64,000 bases of DNA from the human T2T-CHM13v2.0 reference genome, Homo sapiens: the NCBI RefSeq assembly GCF_009914755.1, contig NC_060931.1; one strand, given 5' to 3'. The translations under genes were made by a program, and so were the position numbers. This document shows positions 62,784 to 64,000 of this stretch, one piece after another (the stretch's first letter is position 1; each line of letters opens with the position of its first letter). The notes beneath the pieces are model-generated. The model searched no databases and was not told where the DNA came from. It was given only the letters and a program-made list of their open reading frames with translations.

Positions 62784-63690
62784 CTTTGTGGTTTTATCTA
62801 CTTTTGGTCTTTGATGATGGTGATGTACAGATGGGTTTTTGGTGTGGATGTCCTTTCTGTTTGTTAGTTTTCCTTCTAACAGACAGGACCCTCAGCTGCA
62901 GGTCTGTTGGAATACCCTGCCGTGTGAGGTGTCAGTGTGCCCCTGTTGGGGGGTGCCTCCCAGTTAGGCTGCTCGGGGGTCAGGGGTCAGGGACCCACTT
63001 GAGGAGGCAGTCTGCCTCTTCTCAGATCTCCAGCTGCGTACTGGGAGAACCACTGCTCTCTTCAAAGCTGTCAGACAGAGACATTTAAGTCTGCAGAGGT
63101 TACTGCTGTCTTTTTGTTTGTCTGTGCCCTGCCCCCAGAGGTGGAGCCTACAGAAGCAGGCAGGCCTCCTTGAGTTGTGTTGGGCTCCCCCCAGTTCGAG
63201 CTTCCTGGCTGCTTTGTTTACCTAAGCAAGCCTGGGCAATGGCGGGCGCCCCTCCCCCAGCCTCGCTGCCGCCTTGCAGTGTGATCTCAGACTGCTGTGC
63301 TAGCAATCAGCGAGACTCCGTGGGCGTAGGACCCTCCGAGCCAGGTGTGGGATATAGTCTCGTGGTGCGCCGTTTTTTAAGCGGGTCTGAAAAGCGCAAT
63401 ATTCGGGTGGGAGTGACCCGATTTTCCAGGTGCGTCCGTCACCCCTTTCTTTGACTCGGAAAGGGAACTCCCTGACCCCTTGCGCTTCCCAAGTGAGGCA
63501 ATGCCTCGCCCTGCTTCGGCTCGCGCACGGTGCGCACACCCACTGACCTGCGCCCACTGTCTGGCACTCCCTAGTGAGATGAACCAGGTACCTCAGATGG
63601 AAATGCAGAAATCACCCGTCTTCTGCGTCGCTCACGCTGGGAGCTGTAGACCGGAGCTGTTTCTATTTGGCCATCTTGGCTCCTCCTCTC
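62784..63690. promoter_or_regulatory. L1 5'UTR: CpG-rich internal sense promoter (- strand) and antisense promoter (+ strand); YY1 site at 63669-63680
   Basis: Most CpG-dense stretch in the window; GCCAAGATGGCC YY1 motif on the - strand. Confidence 0.8.
63239..63454 (+). CDS. L1 ORF0 (71 aa, primate-specific antisense ORF of the L1 5'UTR), intact
   Basis: GCAATGG context at 63239; MAGAPPPASLPPCSVISDCCASNQRDSVGVGPSEPGVGYSLVVRRFLSGSEKRNIRVGVTRFSRCVRHPFL*; 216 nt; internal donors CCAG|GTGTGG (63344) and CCAG|GTGCGT (63429). Expression not shown. Confidence 0.85.
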   Translation: MAGAPPPASLPPCSVISDCCASNQRDSVGVGPSEPGVGYSLVVRRFLSGSEKRNIRVGVTRFSRCVRHPFL

Positions 63691-63910
63691 GGGCTGTTTT
63701 ATTTTTCAAAGGTGAATTGCTCAACATTTTGAGCCCTCTTTGCATGACAAGGGGATTTCACTGATTACAGTCAAGCAAATAATATTTGGAAATAATCTGA
63801 ACCTAGATGTTTCCTGAAAAGGCCCTGTACTTTCCAAGATATTTAATTTAGAACTAAAGTACCAAGTTTTATTTGTTCTGGGGTTTACAATAACCCATTA
63901 TACGATTAGC

Positions 63911-63957
63911 TTTAGATATAATATTTAGATATAATCTAATAAGTATTTAGATATAAT
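63911..63957. repeat. Three copies of TTTAGATATAAT
   Basis: At 63911, 63924 and 63946. Confidence 0.75.
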
Positions 63958-64000
63958 GTAATACAATTCCATACAATATGATACAAAGTAATAACCATAA

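Overview
Primate (almost certainly human) AT-rich intronic DNA from a large + strand gene. The only host coding sequence I can support is one 183-bp phase-0/0 internal exon (41376-41558, VIALADAVEENQGNLFQSFTRLKSATHLVILLIALWQKLSADQVAILEAAFLPLQEDTQEL), recognised from memory as the C-terminal helical region of BBS9/PTHB1 (BBSome subunit). The rest is intron filled with mobile elements: 13 Alus, 5'-truncated old L1s, MIR/L2, MaLR/ERVL LTRs and hAT MITEs. It also holds a full-length ~6.03-kb L1PA2-like LINE-1 antisense to the gene (57656-63690, 10-bp TSD), with dead ORF1/ORF2, an open RT-to-C-terminus frame, and an intact ORF0 pointing in the host-gene sense direction. I see no new gene system. 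The best leads are splicing-level: the exon starts with a reconstitutable donor (CAG|GTAATT), a much stronger decoy acceptor with stop and AATAAA lies ~590 nt upstream, several cryptic poison exons are well formed, and L1 antisense-promoter/ORF0 chimeras are possible. There are also repair or template-switch scars, including a 46-bp dispersed duplicate. Repeat subfamily calls come from recalled consensus sequences and need Dfam/RepeatMasker confirmation.
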